From Nymphaea colorata (taxonomy: Eukaryota): a stretch of 64,000 nt of DNA. A program made the position numbers and the translations under genes. The notes under the pieces are model-generated. The model made no database searches. It saw only the letters and a list, made by a program, of their open reading frames with translations, and was not told the DNA's origin. The stretch's first letter is position 1. The number at the start of each line of letters is the position of its first letter. The stretch covers positions 1,054,001 to 1,118,000 of the forward strand of contig NC_045138.2 of the NCBI RefSeq assembly GCF_008831285.2, written 5' to 3'. Shown here piece by piece: positions 39,460 through 60,357 of the stretch.

Positions 39460-39672
39460 GATTGTTGGTTGGTTTAGTGACGAATATCATAAGCACGTTC
39501 TATTCCTCAATTGCACGTTTCTCTCTCTTTCTCTCTCTATAAATAGCCATGGAACCAGTGGCTTTTGCATCGAGGAAAGACTCAAAGTCTCTTCGTTTGA
39601 TCTCTCTCTTTCTCTAACTTTTCTCGCTCGTTGGTTCTCTTGGTTTCTTCTATCTTTGGCTGTTGAAGATAA

Positions 39673-43363
<3,691 letters not shown>

Positions 43364-44144
43364 TGATGAAGCTTCGAATGGACACTGGAACGACGCTGAG
43401 TTCCAGGGGATGTTGCCGACTGCGTTGATGATTTAGGGAATGCACATGATCAATGTCGCACTACTCAGCTTTGTTTGGTTTTTATCTGTCGCAAAATCAA
43501 ATAACCGAGCTTGTGTTGTTTTGCTTGCTGCAATTTTGAACCATAATAAAAGCATTCCCATTTTCCTTTTCTCTCCCAAATTATTCCCATGCTTTTATTT
43601 TTTATTAATTAATTTATTTACTTCGTAAAATGTCGACAATACCCTTCCAAACGTGTCTAAGTCTTGGAAAATTCAACTGCCAAAGTCTGTTTGCATATAC
43701 CACCGTCTGGCAGAATGCGGGGCGGTTTTGTCTTTTCAGAAACAATGGTTTCTCCGTTAAGGGTGTTTTGGTCATTTTGACTTATCTTGCATAAATACTA
43801 TAAGTAAAAATTTCTCACTGTTCTCCTTAGGGTTTAAGATTGCATTGGATCATGTTGTTTTTTTGCTTCAAGTTGTTTTTTTCTTTTTCATGACTGACTT
43901 TTAATTACAATTTTTTGAATTTAACAGGTTAAAAAAGTTGAGAAGGTTGCCCGGCTATTTGTACAATGAATCATCCCATTCCAAATAATGTTTATACTTC
44001 CAACCTATATAATGTTTAATTTTGTCAAGTCAAATAGGACCTCTTATTATTATTATTTTTTTAAGTTGATTTTTTTTCACAAAATCATAGGCAAAAAATA
44101 ATTATGAAGATAAACATTAATGAGACATTTGATTTCTTTGGTAA

Positions 44145-44941
44145 TGAGTTAATCGAGCCTTAATCGAGCTCGATAAGGATGAGTACGAAACGAGTTTATC
44201 GAGTCTTAATCGAGCGCGATAAGGATGAGTACCAAACGAGTTTATCGAGCCTTAATCGAGCTCGATAAGGATGAGTACCAAACGAGTTTATCGAGCCTTA
44301 ATGGAGCTCGAGCTCAACAAGTAAGGATGAGTAATTAAACGAGCTTATCGAGCTTAATCGAGTCGAGCTTGAGCTCGACAAGTGACTATCGAGTCGAGTT
44401 CGAGCCAAGATAGTCGAGCTATATTCGATCTTGAGCCGAGTCGAACTTGTGTCTTACTTAGTTGAGCTGAGTTCGAGCTGACCGAGCTCGGGCTCGACTC
44501 GTCTCGTGTTCAGCCCTATTTGGATGCCCATTTGTAACAACGACAACGGTGTTAGGGCGAGTAGAACTCGGCAACCTAAACGAGTTGAGCTCGACTTAGT
44601 CGGCTCGGCTGGGTTAAACTCTTTTAAGTTAGAAAAAGATAATGTATAAAATACTTTTCATAATAATTGCTCAAATGAGTATATATGTGATTTATATGCC
44701 GAAGGTATCACAAGTCTATGTGCTGCCTCTTCTTTTATTAGATTTTTTTTTTTAATGAAAATACTTGGCTGGGCTCAAGCCAATTAAGCAAGCAGAGTTC
44801 AAGTTTTGAAAACTCAAGCAAAATCCAACTTGAGGTAATGAAATCAAACTTGAGTTGAGCTCGTGTTAGAGCCGAGTTCGAGTTTCTTTCATGACAAGCC
44901 TGCCAAACTCGAGCTAGCTCAAGTCGGCTCAAACTTACCCA
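44145..44941. mobile_element. TCGAG/GAGCTC-rich MITE remnants with a ~45-bp tandem repeat (44150-44345)
   Basis: Repeats of AATCGAGCTCGATAAGGATGAGTAC.AAACGAGTTTATCGAG. A hAT-MITE-like end GTTCAGCCCTA at ~44517 and a second element starting TAGGGCGAG at ~44553. Confidence 0.6.
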
Positions 44942-45105
44942 TGAACAGCTGTAAATGGTGAAGCGAATAAATTTAGGAATCCAATTCTTTAATAGCACAA
45001 TTATATATTAATGTGCAAAAAATGAGATCTATCAATAAAAAAAATTATAAGACTAGTGTGGGCAATTGCCTACAGCTGCATATATGTGGGGCTATCACTA
45101 CAATG

Positions 45106-46506
45106 TAGTGATGTAAAAGGCGATAAAATGAGGTGAGGCGTTGAGCCTCTGATGAGGCGAGGTGAAGCGAAGCGTTAATTGTAAATTTCATAGACAAATT
45201 TGTAAATTGTATAATATTCATAAAAATAACAACAAAACTGATAAAAATAACTACGTACTAAGCAGTTCCCTTAAAAGGAGAACATGTTTAATCTAGAAAT
45301 GAAGACAAAAAAAAAATAAAAAACAAACATAAAAAAGTTATATATAGTAAAAAAGATAATTTGTGCTAATGTAAATTTTTTATTTATATAAAACAAAAGA
45401 ATGTAACAAATATTCTTCAATTGATTCCGTAAATGATTGAACATAGCTACTATGAAGCACAAAAAAATAATTTGAAAGAAAATATAATAAGTTAAAGATG
45501 CAATTACAAACATTTAGATAAAAGAGAGAAGGAGTGAGAAGGTCCCAATAAAATAAAGTAAGAGTCTTCGTCATTCACAACATTTTCCCCTCTTTTTATT
45601 AAATTATTGTTGCTGAATTATTATTGTGACCACTTTTTACACTTTTAACTATTTTGTATCTTTTGTAGAAATTTTTATGAATTGATTATGTGTTGTGACC
45701 AAAATAATGTAACAAATATTCTGATTCAATTCAGCTTATTTCCTGAATCATAAGCTTTTGGGATTCGATTCGGAAAAATTTGGTATTGACCATAGATGAA
45801 CAAGTAAAGATCATAATAAACTAACAGTACTTGCAACACATGGCATAATAGATGAACATGTGAAATAAAATAAACGCATGAATGACACGCATGGAGAAAA
45901 TAAGTTTTGAGTCCAAAGTCTTCTTTTTTGCAAGGCGGTGATGATCCCACCTGAAGAAGAGGGCAACAAGTCAACCTTGATCTGGTTCCTGTATGCCCTT
46001 GACATCCAAGATGCTGCCGTAGACAAGAAGGATTTTTTTTTTATATTGAAAAAATTTAAATTTTTTTAATTTTGCCCAACGTATCGCTCCTTGCTTGGCC
46101 CGACCCTAGAAAAAATCCTGGTTCCGCCCCTCGCATAGGGTAAGAGTCCTCGGGGCAGACCAAACTTAGACGACAACTCATGCATGCAAGTCCCGTTTGC
46201 TGGCAACGCAATTGCCGGACGATAGCCGTGATTTGGATTGAGGAAAGGAAAATTAGGATACAAGCAGAGTTTAATTAGGCATAAGTGTGAAGCCTACTTA
46301 CTAATTAATCTTTTAAATTAAAAAACTAAACAGACTTGAGGAGTGCGCCTCAAACAAGGAGCACACCATGGATGGGGGCGTACGCCTCATTTGGTAGAGG
46401 AGCAAGCTTCACGGACACGTGCGCCTCACACCTCTGCTTCAAAGCATTTTTTTTTAACACTTTGAGTCGCACTTTTTTTGTGTGAAGCACACTTCTCACA
46501 ACATTG
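45106..46506. mobile_element. Non-autonomous hAT element (~1.4 kb)
   Basis: Perfect 8-bp TSD CTACAATG at 45098-45105 and 46507-46514. Degenerate TIRs TAGTGATGTAAAAGGCG and revcomp CAATGTTGTGAGAAGTG. GAGGCG / CGCCTC subterminal repeats at opposite ends. Confidence 0.75.
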
Positions 46507-47266
46507 CTACAATGTAACCCTTGTTGTCCACCAATTAGCACAGCACTCCACCTCATTGGCACAAAGGGTCTAGTGCTCAATTCTTTTAACATATCGGGTT
46601 TGACAGCACGTGTTCATATTGCATGATCAAACTATACAAGTTGAAGCATAGCGAAGGTATCACTCCGCATTAACCAAAGCAAATTTTGTACCTTGAGGGA
46701 TGGGGGTCTCCGCATTCTTATTGGGCAGTAGCAGGGGTAGAGTTAGGAATTTTTCATTGTAGGGACCAATTTTAACTGGGTCAAAATATAAAATTTTAAT
46801 TCTTTTATGTATGTTATGCTAACATTTTTTATATTTATAAATAAATTTTAAAAGTTTTTAAAATTTAAGGTGGGGGCCAAGGCTCTTGCGGGCCTCCATT
46901 CCCTCCGTCCCAAGCCCGATAAGGGTCGGGCCCAAGTCAGCCCCACGTCAAAAAACCGAGTCCAGCCCAATCCGACTCGCTTAAAATGATTTTTTTTTTA
47001 AATATAACATAAAATCTTTTGAATATAAAATACATTTTAATAATAAAATATATATTAAAAAATAATTTGGTGAACCGGGCCCCATTGAGCCTGCCCAAGC
47101 CGGTTTTTTCGAGGTTGAGCCTAAGCCCGAACCCGATCGAGCCGCGTAGTCAGGTATCTGAGCACGACACCCAAGCTTAACTAGATCTGTAGAAGGTGAT
47201 CTACAGTGCCTTGTCAAAACTTTTGAGAATTTATGAAGTCTGATATAAATATAAATATAAATATAA

Positions 47267-47312
<46 letters not shown>

Positions 47313-47977
47313 TTATATTTATATTTATATCTAAAGGGCTAGTTCATTGACTGCATACAAAAACTTTAGATGTGGCATGGATTTGAAACCGGTCACTTGG
47401 TTATTTAATTGGTGGACTTCACCTAGTGTGCTTCGGATCGGAAAGGTGTGAGGATCTCATTAACGTGGACCTAAAATCGACGTTACATGGATCTGTGATT
47501 GTAATTTTAATAAGTTACTTTGGTTATATGTTATGACCTTAAAGGTAAGACTGCACAGCAAGACTAACCAACTCAAGCTCATGGTCGACTCTTTTATGAA
47601 CTAACCTAGTTCGAGCTTACAAAGATACTCGAAATGATAGAATGAGTTGAGTGAGTTTCAGAAACTGGACTCATTTATACTCAATGCAGACTCTCCAAAA
47701 TCTGTACACTAAATCACTAGTTTTACTTTTTAAGATAAAAACAAATTTTCACAAGTTACATCAGTTAAAGCTTACAAGGGTTGCACAAGAGTTAATGCTA
47801 AACGAGTTAAATGAGTTAAACAATTCGAACTAAACTTAGACGGCAACTCATGCATGCAAGTGTTACTGTTTTGTTATTTAACAAGAGGATTATGACTCAC
47901 AACGGTGAGTATCAATAGTGACAACAGTGCACCTTTCAACTTAAGCTCAATATTCCATCAATCTCGATACAAAAAGA

Positions 47978-48044
47978 TAGTGCCTATGAGAGTCGAACCA
48001 TAGGCATGCCTCATCACATATCCTTACCCCGGTTAGCTACACTA
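47978..48044 (-). mobile_element. Short tRNA-related / SINE-head remnant
   Basis: Minus strand has A-box-like TAGCTAACCGG and B-box-like GGTTCGACTC at tRNA-like spacing. No cloverleaf or TSD evident. Confidence 0.35.
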
Positions 48045-51000
48045 TTAACTTTTTATGAGAATTTGAAATTAAATCCAAATATAGGTCCAAGTAAGGGGAT
48101 AAGATGCTTACCAAAATAACTTCAAATTTGTTTAATTTAACTTGGAATTTAACTCACACATGTAACTAGATAACTATGGATCAAGTTTGACTTGTTTGAA
48201 TTTGGATATCTATCAAAATCCACAAGAAGGTCTTATGCCCATGGGCGTAGTAAGGGGGGCTCACATGGGCCTCAGCTCTGCTTAGTTTTTATTTTTAAAA
48301 AAATTACGTGTTTTATATAAAAATTTTGAAAAATGGTATTTGGTTGATATTAAAATTTAAAAACTTTAATTTTACCATCTTCATGAAAAATCTCTTGCTC
48401 AACTGGACCTTTTTTCACTAGATACCAAAGTGGGCAAATCAAAACTTGATAGAATTGAAATGTGTTTGTCGCAGATAAGCATTATATAATTGTGTAATTT
48501 TTTTTTTTTGGTATTTGATAGTTTTGAAAACTTTTTTTTTTGTATTTCTTTATTCAAAAATTGGCCTCCTGGTGCTGAATTGACACATATGGCCACAATT
48601 GACTCTTTATTTGGCATTTGCTAGTTGCTACTGTTTTGGAAAATCTTTTTCTCTGCTCTCCCAAGTCTTTGTAGAAAAAAAGAAAAAATGTGGAAAAGAA
48701 AATTTAAGGCTTGCCACGAAATCGCAAAAGCAAGCTTATATTATTTATTTTCGAATATGAGCCTCACCTTTATTGGTAATTGCTAAAAGAAATTGAAGTT
48801 AAATCACCCCGGCCTGTATTGATGGCCGGAAAATTAAGTTATATGTTTAAGAAAGGATGCCCTTCCTATATAAATGTCAATATATTCGATTTTAACTAAA
48901 CTTTTTTAAAAAATAGATACCAAAAAAATTGATATACAAGTAAAATTGGACTGAATCCCAATCTCAATATTCATTGGATTTTGGATTCTGATTAAGATAC
49001 AAACAAACGCCTGATTGGATTTGGATTCAGATTCAAATCGAATTGAGTTTTACTTGAATATTCTATATCCAATGTTTACATTTTGAAAATCAACCCGATT
49101 CAATTCAAAATTCAAATTTGAATTGTGAAATCTCAAATATAACTTTCCATATTATAATCCAAACATATGAAAGTAAAAAAAAAAAAAAAGATTAACAATA
49201 TACTCAATTCCAATCCGATCGATTGACAATCAGTTTATAACCCAGGATGGGCATGGGGCCGGCCCGTTCAGTTTTAAATTTTTATTAATTTATATATTAA
49301 ATTATATTTTTATTTGTTATTTTAATGTATTTTTAAATTTAATCAAGGCGAGCCTTTTTACACAACAATTATGCCTATAAGCCATTATTATTATTATTAT
49401 TATTCTTTTTTACTCCAAGACGAGGTTTAAGGGAAAAGCAAAATCGGCAAAATGGACGGCTGAGATTTACAGTTCAAACTCACCTGATTTGAAGACGTCA
49501 GCGCGTGCGTCAAGACCCCCACAGCTCCTAAAAGTGGGTCCCACTGTCCATTAGGCCCCAGCAGGGCAAAGCCTCAAAGATTTTTTTCGAAACAAGGAAC
49601 TCCGGTAGGAAAAACGGCCCTCCAAAACTGGGGACGGACCGCCGTCCCCTGCGTTCCGGTCCGGCCTGGGTTTAGAACGTTCCAGAAGCAAACGTCCTTT
49701 TGACTTATACATTCAACGAAATTGAAAATATCGGCAGTTAAATTCATCTGAGACATTAGAAGGGAAGACAATTATAACGAAAAAAAAAAAAACAAATGAG
49801 GCGAATTTAACTTTCTCTTAAAAAATCCAATAAGTTCAATCCCCACCTAATTTACAAAGTATTGTTAAGTTTTTTTAAATTGAGTTAATTTTTATATATG
49901 TTAAATTTTCTGAACGACCCAATTGATTGACCGGAATCTTTGAATTTTGGTTTTTTATTTTAATTTTTCAAATGGGATGATAAGGTCCCTTCTTTTTAAT
50001 TAAATTATAAATATTAAAAAAAAAACTGTGGTGATAAAATAAAAATCATACCTTGGTTTTAATATTTTTATAATTGTTTATAAACACATAAAAAGAAAGA
50101 TTTTTCAAATTTCTTTCATAGTTGTCCAAATTCAACTAAAGAGAATGATTGTGTGTCATTTATGACAACAAAAGGCTCATATGGAAAAATATAAAAATAA
50201 ACATTTATATTTAAGTTTATAAAAAAAACAAGTGGTCTCATATTTAAACATTCATTACAAATTAATAAGCACTCATGCATGCAGGTGGACGTCCAAGTCC
50301 TTCCTACTACACCCACATAAATTAACATATAAAATTTAATGATTTGATAATCGACCTTGTAATTTGGCTTCATTAATTAATATTAATTTTGAGCAATGTT
50401 GAGTAAAACCTGCTAAGATGATATATATATATATATATATATATAAGCCAGACAATTTAAGTTTTATATTTAAAGTGAGTATTTTACAATTTAACCTTAA
50501 TGATATGATCTGAATAATAGGTTGATGCAGAACGTATATTAAGCGGGTCATTTTTTGTTATTAATAGTACTTTTGTAATAAGCAAAAGTAAGTGGCTCCA
50601 ATAGCGTCCGTATTTTGATAAAAAAAAATCCACATTTTTTCAAGCATGTTTTGTATCAAAATAGTTTTTATAAATATATTAAGATGTTTATATTTATTTA
50701 AAATATTTTTTCCTAAAAAAATTAAAGGTTCTGTTATTTGGTCAAAGTTTTAAGGGTTTGGCATCTTCTCTCTCTCTCTCTCTCTCTCTCTTGACTATGT
50801 GATCAGTCTATTAGAATTTCAAAACCGTATATATTTTTAAAATAAAAGTGAATAAATTGTGGCTTTTTTAAAAAAAAAATCTTTTATTCTCAAAAGAGAA
50901 ACTTATGTTTCTTTAGGATCATAAATAAAGTCTCTTTTATGTGGGATCCATAGAGTAGATCAATATTCCATTTCACCATTATATAAAAAAATTTCAAATC

Positions 51001-51681
51001 CTCAGTATGTAGCCAAAACTTCATATGACCTCGAATCATCCAATTCGAAATTCCTTAGAGTCTCAAATCATGTCAAACCTCATGTCTAAATGCTCATAGA
51101 TTTCAGTACTTTAAACACTTTCCAGCGAAACAAAATTTGACCTCAAATAATCGGATTTGGAATTCCTTATAAACTCAAATCACGTCAAATCAAAGATTCA
51201 AATGCTCGTATTCCACTGATACAAATTCTAACTTGTTTTTTGTCTCTCGTTAGTTGAAAAAATCGGTTCCTCAATTGAATGGGCCGATTCATCGCTTCTT
51301 TGAATCAATTGTGAAATGGATAAAAATGTTGAAAATATCAATAATAAAAAAAAAGAATTAGAAAAACCAAATTCGTTGACATCAATTTCTGTCAGGATCG
51401 GTTCCTGCATAGTTTTGAAGTCATTAATGGCATTTCGATCATACCCATTTGCCCGTATCAGTTGTTTTTGAGATATCTTCTTAGATTAACAATAATAGAA
51501 GAATTAATCATAGAAATGGAAGATTGTTCACTTCTTAGGTTGGTATGATGGGACCATGGAAAAGCACAAGAAAAAATGGCAGAATTGTAACTTGCAGGAC
51601 GATCTTAAACTAATGGGAAATATAAAAAATATCTTTCTCTCTCTCTTGGAAGAAGTAAGGAAATTCAATCACCAGCAAAGC

Positions 51682-51693
51682 AAAACCGGGAGC
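51682..51693 (+). promoter_or_regulatory. ARE/HRPE-like motif AAAACCGGGAGC upstream of ADH-E; extra AAACCA at ~51762; TATAAAT at 51889-51895
   Basis: 12-mer identical to that upstream of ADH-D although the surrounding promoter is otherwise dissimilar. Confidence 0.55.
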
Positions 51694-52009
51694 GGTATGC
51701 TGTCTAATCTGAGGCGCCGTTGGATCTTTGGGTGAAAAAGCGAAAACAAAACTCCCTGTGAAAACCAATGAAAAGGAAGCCGCAGGCAGACACGGAAAGC
51801 GGTATTGACGCGTGCTTCCTCCCCGAAAAACAACCGCCGTTAGTCTCCCCCTTTTTCTTTCTCTCCGTTTAAGCCCCTGTGCTAAGGTTATAAATAACTT
51901 TGAGCTCCTACACTTTGGACATCGAAGCGATTCGGATTGTTCAGGAAATACAGATCTTTACCTTGTTCGTCTCTCTAGATTTTCTCTCTTTATTGGGTGT
52001 TGAAGCGAA

Positions 52010-54864
<2,855 letters not shown>

Positions 54865-56231
54865 GGATGAAGGATGAGGAACTGGTGCTGCAAAATTTAC
54901 AGATAATAAAGTAGGAGATGCTGTTGTGTTGCTTCGTTGCAGCTTCTCGGAAGAGTCAAGCGATCTTTTCTTTTGCAGGGGGTCCAAATTTTCGAGTTAT
55001 TTTGGTTGTTTTGTGTCATAGTCGCCGTCTCTTCTATGCTGTATGGATTCTGGTTGTATACTTGGAAGTTCCCTTCATACGACGCACTTATTAATCTTTG
55101 TTTATCTACTTTGTTTTCTGAAACTTTTAAAAGGAACACAGTACAAAGTCTCTTTCCTATTCCTCAAGATTTAAGCAAAGAAACTCTTCCCTTTCTTATT
55201 TATGTCCATAGAATATAAAATCTGCTGAACAGAAGCTACGGAGATAAATTTAAAGAACACAAAAAAATGAGTGCTTAAATTATTTCGTCCTCCTGCGACC
55301 AATTCCTTGTCACTCGATTCATTTTCAAGTATAAATAAATGTACAGTGGTGAAGAAACTTCCGAACTGCTTACCATGTATCTGATTACCGACAGTGATGG
55401 TCTTTTAAGGCAATTGAGCGAAACAAGAAATCACTCGAGCTGGATTTGTTCATGTGATCATAAAATCTTTGCATCTGTCCAAAGTGGGCTCACTCGAGAA
55501 ATCCAAATGAGATTGACTTGAGGTGAGGCAACTTGAACCTCGTGTTGAAGTGATCTTTAGGCTAATCAGACATGAAATGGACTTCAGGGGAGCAGGTGAA
55601 GGCTGGCCAGTAGCAAAGACATGACAGAAGAAAGTGAAAGAGCAGGTAGCAAACAGGTAGTAGCTGGGATTGATCTTTTGATTCTTTTTGTTCAAATAAG
55701 CCAGAACCCATGAATCCATTATACATCAACTTAGATACATTTAACTAAGGAGACACCTCATTAAGTAAGAGATACCTTGAAGAAGCCGAAGCTTCTCTTT
55801 CTCTTTCCCCTTATTCCAGGGTTCAGGCTGCTTTAACAGTTCTTCATGAGAACAACGTTCATCAGAGTCGAACTCATGACAGGAGAATAACACTCAACTC
55901 ATGACAGGAGAATAATGCTCATGAGAATTAAATTAGAAAAAAGCTCATAGAACTTTCATTGTTTTATCAATTTGACCAACTATACTAAGTCTAAGTGACT
56001 AAAAGAGTCTGACAGCTGCAGATTGGGCCAAACTGAAGCAAATCAATAAATGGACGACTGATGGTGAGGCTGGTGATCCCACAAGGAGATAAATTTTCAA
56101 TAATTAAGTCCAGAGGCTTCCCGCTGTATTTTGATGCTGTTCAACTACTGTAGAAACATGCCCACCATTTGTCGTCTTTCTTCCTAACTTTCTTCCCGTC
56201 TTTGTCGCCACTTCACCACGTACTCCAACTA

Positions 56232-56267
<36 letters not shown>

Positions 56268-57087
56268 CCAGTATAACTAAATTTTAAAATGGACTTCAGT
56301 TGTCAAGTTCTTTTCCTTTCTTTTATTATCATTTATAAAAATTAAGATGATAATTAAGATGATTGGGAAAAAAACAAAAGGAGAGAAGAAAGAGAGAAAA
56401 GATTGGTTTTCAAACGAACAACCCTAGCTTTTCGGCTTGAACTCAATTTAAGCATCAAATTTTCAAGATTGGTTTTTGTTCATTTTTATATACCTTTTAC
56501 CTATTTATATGATTACATTTATGAGGAATGGCTTAAGAGACTGATAGGCATGCACAAGTACTACATATGGAGAGGCATATATTCTATACGTAGGAAGAGA
56601 GAGAGCCGTTCACTAATTTAGTTTGGGCAACTTGTCAAAATAATAGATACGTGAGCATTTTGAACTTTGAAGCCAGCATTAAGGAGCTTTAGAAAGAAAA
56701 AACAATCAGTGTTGGTGTCAATTTGTTCAAGATTATCAAGAGACGTCAGCCGGTTGAAACCTGCAGTACGGGTTTAAGAAACATCAAAGTTGGTCTGAAT
56801 TTTTTTTTTTTTTAGATGAAAACGCCCCGTCTATGCATCTATGTGGTTTCCTTAATTCTTTCATTTTTCGGACATGAATAATGCATCCATTTAGTTAATT
56901 TTGAAAAAAAACATATGCACAAGGAAACACTGAGTAGTGAAATATATAAAATCAATAAAACTTATATTCTATAAAATTTGTTAAAAAAATAATTGTATAT
57001 CTTTGGATTTCTTTGTTTGGGTTTGGATAGAAAAATCTTTCTAATGTATTATATAGGGCAGTATGTTTTAATCATGTTTGCCATATG

Positions 57088-57133
<46 letters not shown>

Positions 57134-60100
57134 GTGACTCTCAATTTTTAGAGTCACTCAACTATTTAATCAAGACCCTTCTATCATGAGGTGATCAACA
57201 TTTTAGTTATTTAATATTAGTTCTCACTTTTTTTTTTTTTATGTATGAATAGCTTTGATTAGATGGTTGGGTAACTCTGCGAGAGTCATGTTCACTAACT
57301 CGCTTTAGTAAAAAAAAGAAAAAGAAATTAAAGTTTCTAAAAAAAGTTAATAAAGGACGTCCATGCACTCTTCAATCAGCCGCCAAATTAAATCAAGATG
57401 TCATCAATTTGGTTCCAATGTGACAGCTGAGGAGGAATCTGCCAACCATAGAAAGCAAAAACCCACCACTTGCCAACTAGTAAATACCTTAACTTTGGTC
57501 AGATCCACACCACACTTGAACGCAATTTAACTTGGCTCCATGTAATTGGAATTTGTACTTATTTGTAGCAACAGAATCCAGATCTGATTAACATAACATC
57601 CGTAAATTGGGTTCAATCTTTATCGATTCGAGTCGAACACAATGGTCCTGAGAGGCATCGCTTAATTGACAAACTGGTGGGTTTTTGAAAGTTCGGTCAT
57701 GAGTTTGATAAACTGTTGTTTTTTTTTTCCACGAGTAAGAGGAAAGGAAAAAGAAAAGGCTTTGACCTCTTAATAATATCTCTCAACACTGAATTTGGAT
57801 TCAATCATGAAACATCATTCTGAATCTATATTTTATTAACAGTATATCTGGGTTTCTCCATATGATCCGACTTTGTGAATTCAAAACCAAGGCCAATTCT
57901 TTTAATTGTTAATAATTTCAGCTTAATTGACTAGTAAAAATGCATCTCCAAAGAAGTCATTGTCACAAATGCATTATGTTTGATCATGGTGGAAATTGTG
58001 TGTCTGTACTGGGGAAAGGCAATAATGGCTGACTATGTGGGCCCCTTTAGAAAATAGTACGCAATTTCTAAAGGTCCAAATAATATAAAACAAAGCAACC
58101 TGGATAACTTTTGGACGATCTTTTGGCAATAGTTTCAAAGGTGGCTTTTCTGTCACACACACACATATATATATACACCCCCCCTATATAAGGCATAAAA
58201 ACCAGGTCTCATAAGTTCATGGTAAAAATGGTTTCAAACTAAATATATGAACCTTCTAATGTGTTCATAAATACTAATTTAATATAAATCATGCTTTAGT
58301 TCAAGTTTGGTAAAAAAAAATTTGATATTTATACTACCAAAATTTTAATGTTATTAGAGCCGCTCATTTTTTTACTATTAAAAGAAAACAACTAAATTAA
58401 TGTTTGTTCCTAATCAAATCACTCTTAAGATCATATCTATAAAGTTAGTTTTCAAAAAAAATTTATTTTTAGTAATTAATATCAATATATCTGATTTTTG
58501 TTTCTTACCCAAGTGATCTGCTTTTATCAATTTCCTTTTATATGTATATATATATATCCAAGGAGTAGTAAAAGCAACCTACATATTGAAAAAAGCACAT
58601 TCAGAAAACATATTTAAAAAATATTTGGCAGTTGCATAAGTATTTGATTATTAAGCCCCGGATGAACAATGTTCCCTTTCTCACCGAAGAAGCTCGAATT
58701 CACCTGTTCTCGTAACATTCTCAAGCATAAAGCTTTTGTTCATGGCCTCAGTTTCTTCAAAGAATGTCGGTCATATTTGAAAGTAATCAATCGAGCTAAT
58801 AAGGTATGACCAAAAGGCATATTACATTTTTCTCAGGGGATTATTATTTTTATTCAAAATTTTTACGGGGGCCGGGGTAAAATTTTTTAAACTATTAGCC
58901 ACTAAAATTTTATTTTTCAAAATCTCTTATGAGAAACCATATTATGGGAGCATCAAAGACTTCGTTTTTGATGGCTATCCAACTTTATTTCTATTTAATT
59001 AGAAAAAATTGACTCCTTAAAATTAGAGCATTATTTATAATGATGATTATCAATAGCGTTCATACTTGCTATTCAGGGGGCACGAGATACCTTCTTATTT
59101 TTCTATTGGGAAGTAAGGATGCCAATCGATTGGATTTAGATCTTATTTCTATTAAATATTTGACTGAATTGCATAGAAAAGATAGGATATGAAAAAAAAA
59201 ATTGACATCTGCTCAAGAAATAAGATGGGATTCAGATATAAAAATTGACATCTGATCAGAACTGGGTTCAGCTTTAAATAAATATCTGACCAGAGTTGCA
59301 TTCAAATTCAAATTTATTTCAAAACAAATGTCCTGCATCCAATATCCATACATGCTGAAAGTGGGCTTTCAATTATATAATAGTGCAGTTCGGATTTGTT
59401 TGTGTATTTAGTAGTTCGATTCAGATTCGTTCGCGAGTACAAAGGTCAGATTAGAATCAGATTAAAATTTCAAATTTAACATTTAGAATGATCTTTAGTA
59501 AAATGTTGTTTCAGACACCAACATAGGGAATAGAACGGAAAAGGTTGGGTTTTAATCCTTGCTCCTAAAGCTTCAGGAGAATGGTGATAGGAAGAAACAG
59601 CAAGAGACTATAATTTATTTAGGCTATGATTTCATGAAAATAGAGGATACATGTTTTACTATCAAATAGCCAACAGGGCAAGAGGTTTAACCATATATCA
59701 TGACACCCGAGTAGTGAAGAAATTCACTATAGCTATGTTCTATTTGCACCATCCTGTACGATGGTTAAGTACTGAGTAGTTCGATCAGCAAAGAACTACT
59801 CAGTGGCCAAGAACCTGAGCTCAGTCCACACATTTTTCAAAGTCATGTTTGTTCTCAGCTGCTCTTCGTAACAACTTAATCGACTTACAGAAACACAAAG
59901 ATGCTGTAGTCCGAAGTCTTTCCGGGTGACAGGAAGTTTACAACACACTGCCTGGAAAAAAAACCCACCACCACCCAGAAAAGAGGCCTGAAGCCACTGA
60001 CACAATAACTTCAGCTCATATATCTGACAAAGAATGCAACTGTTTGCAGTATCTTGCACCTACTCTGCCGCTAAAAATTCGAAATCAAGCATGCCAGATA

Positions 60101-60357
60101 TTGAAAAAAAAAAGAGAAATATACCATCTGAAATCTGCAGTCATGTTTAATCAAAAGCATATTAAGGTAATACAAAGCACTAAATTTCATTCACGACCAC
60201 TCAGATTAACATTATGAACTTTTTTGTTACAAGCATACACATTAATAGAATTACACACGTAGAGAAGATGCATGGACCCTAGCAGGATACTAACGAAATG
60301 CAGCAGGTGACAGAATACAGAATCATCATTGTCTGCCTCGTTTATCACTCGATTTCT

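Noticed and set aside
44150..44345. Regular ~45-bp repeats that superficially resemble a CRISPR array
   Set aside because: Head-to-tail tandem repeats with no unique spacers, in a plant MITE context and with no cas genes.
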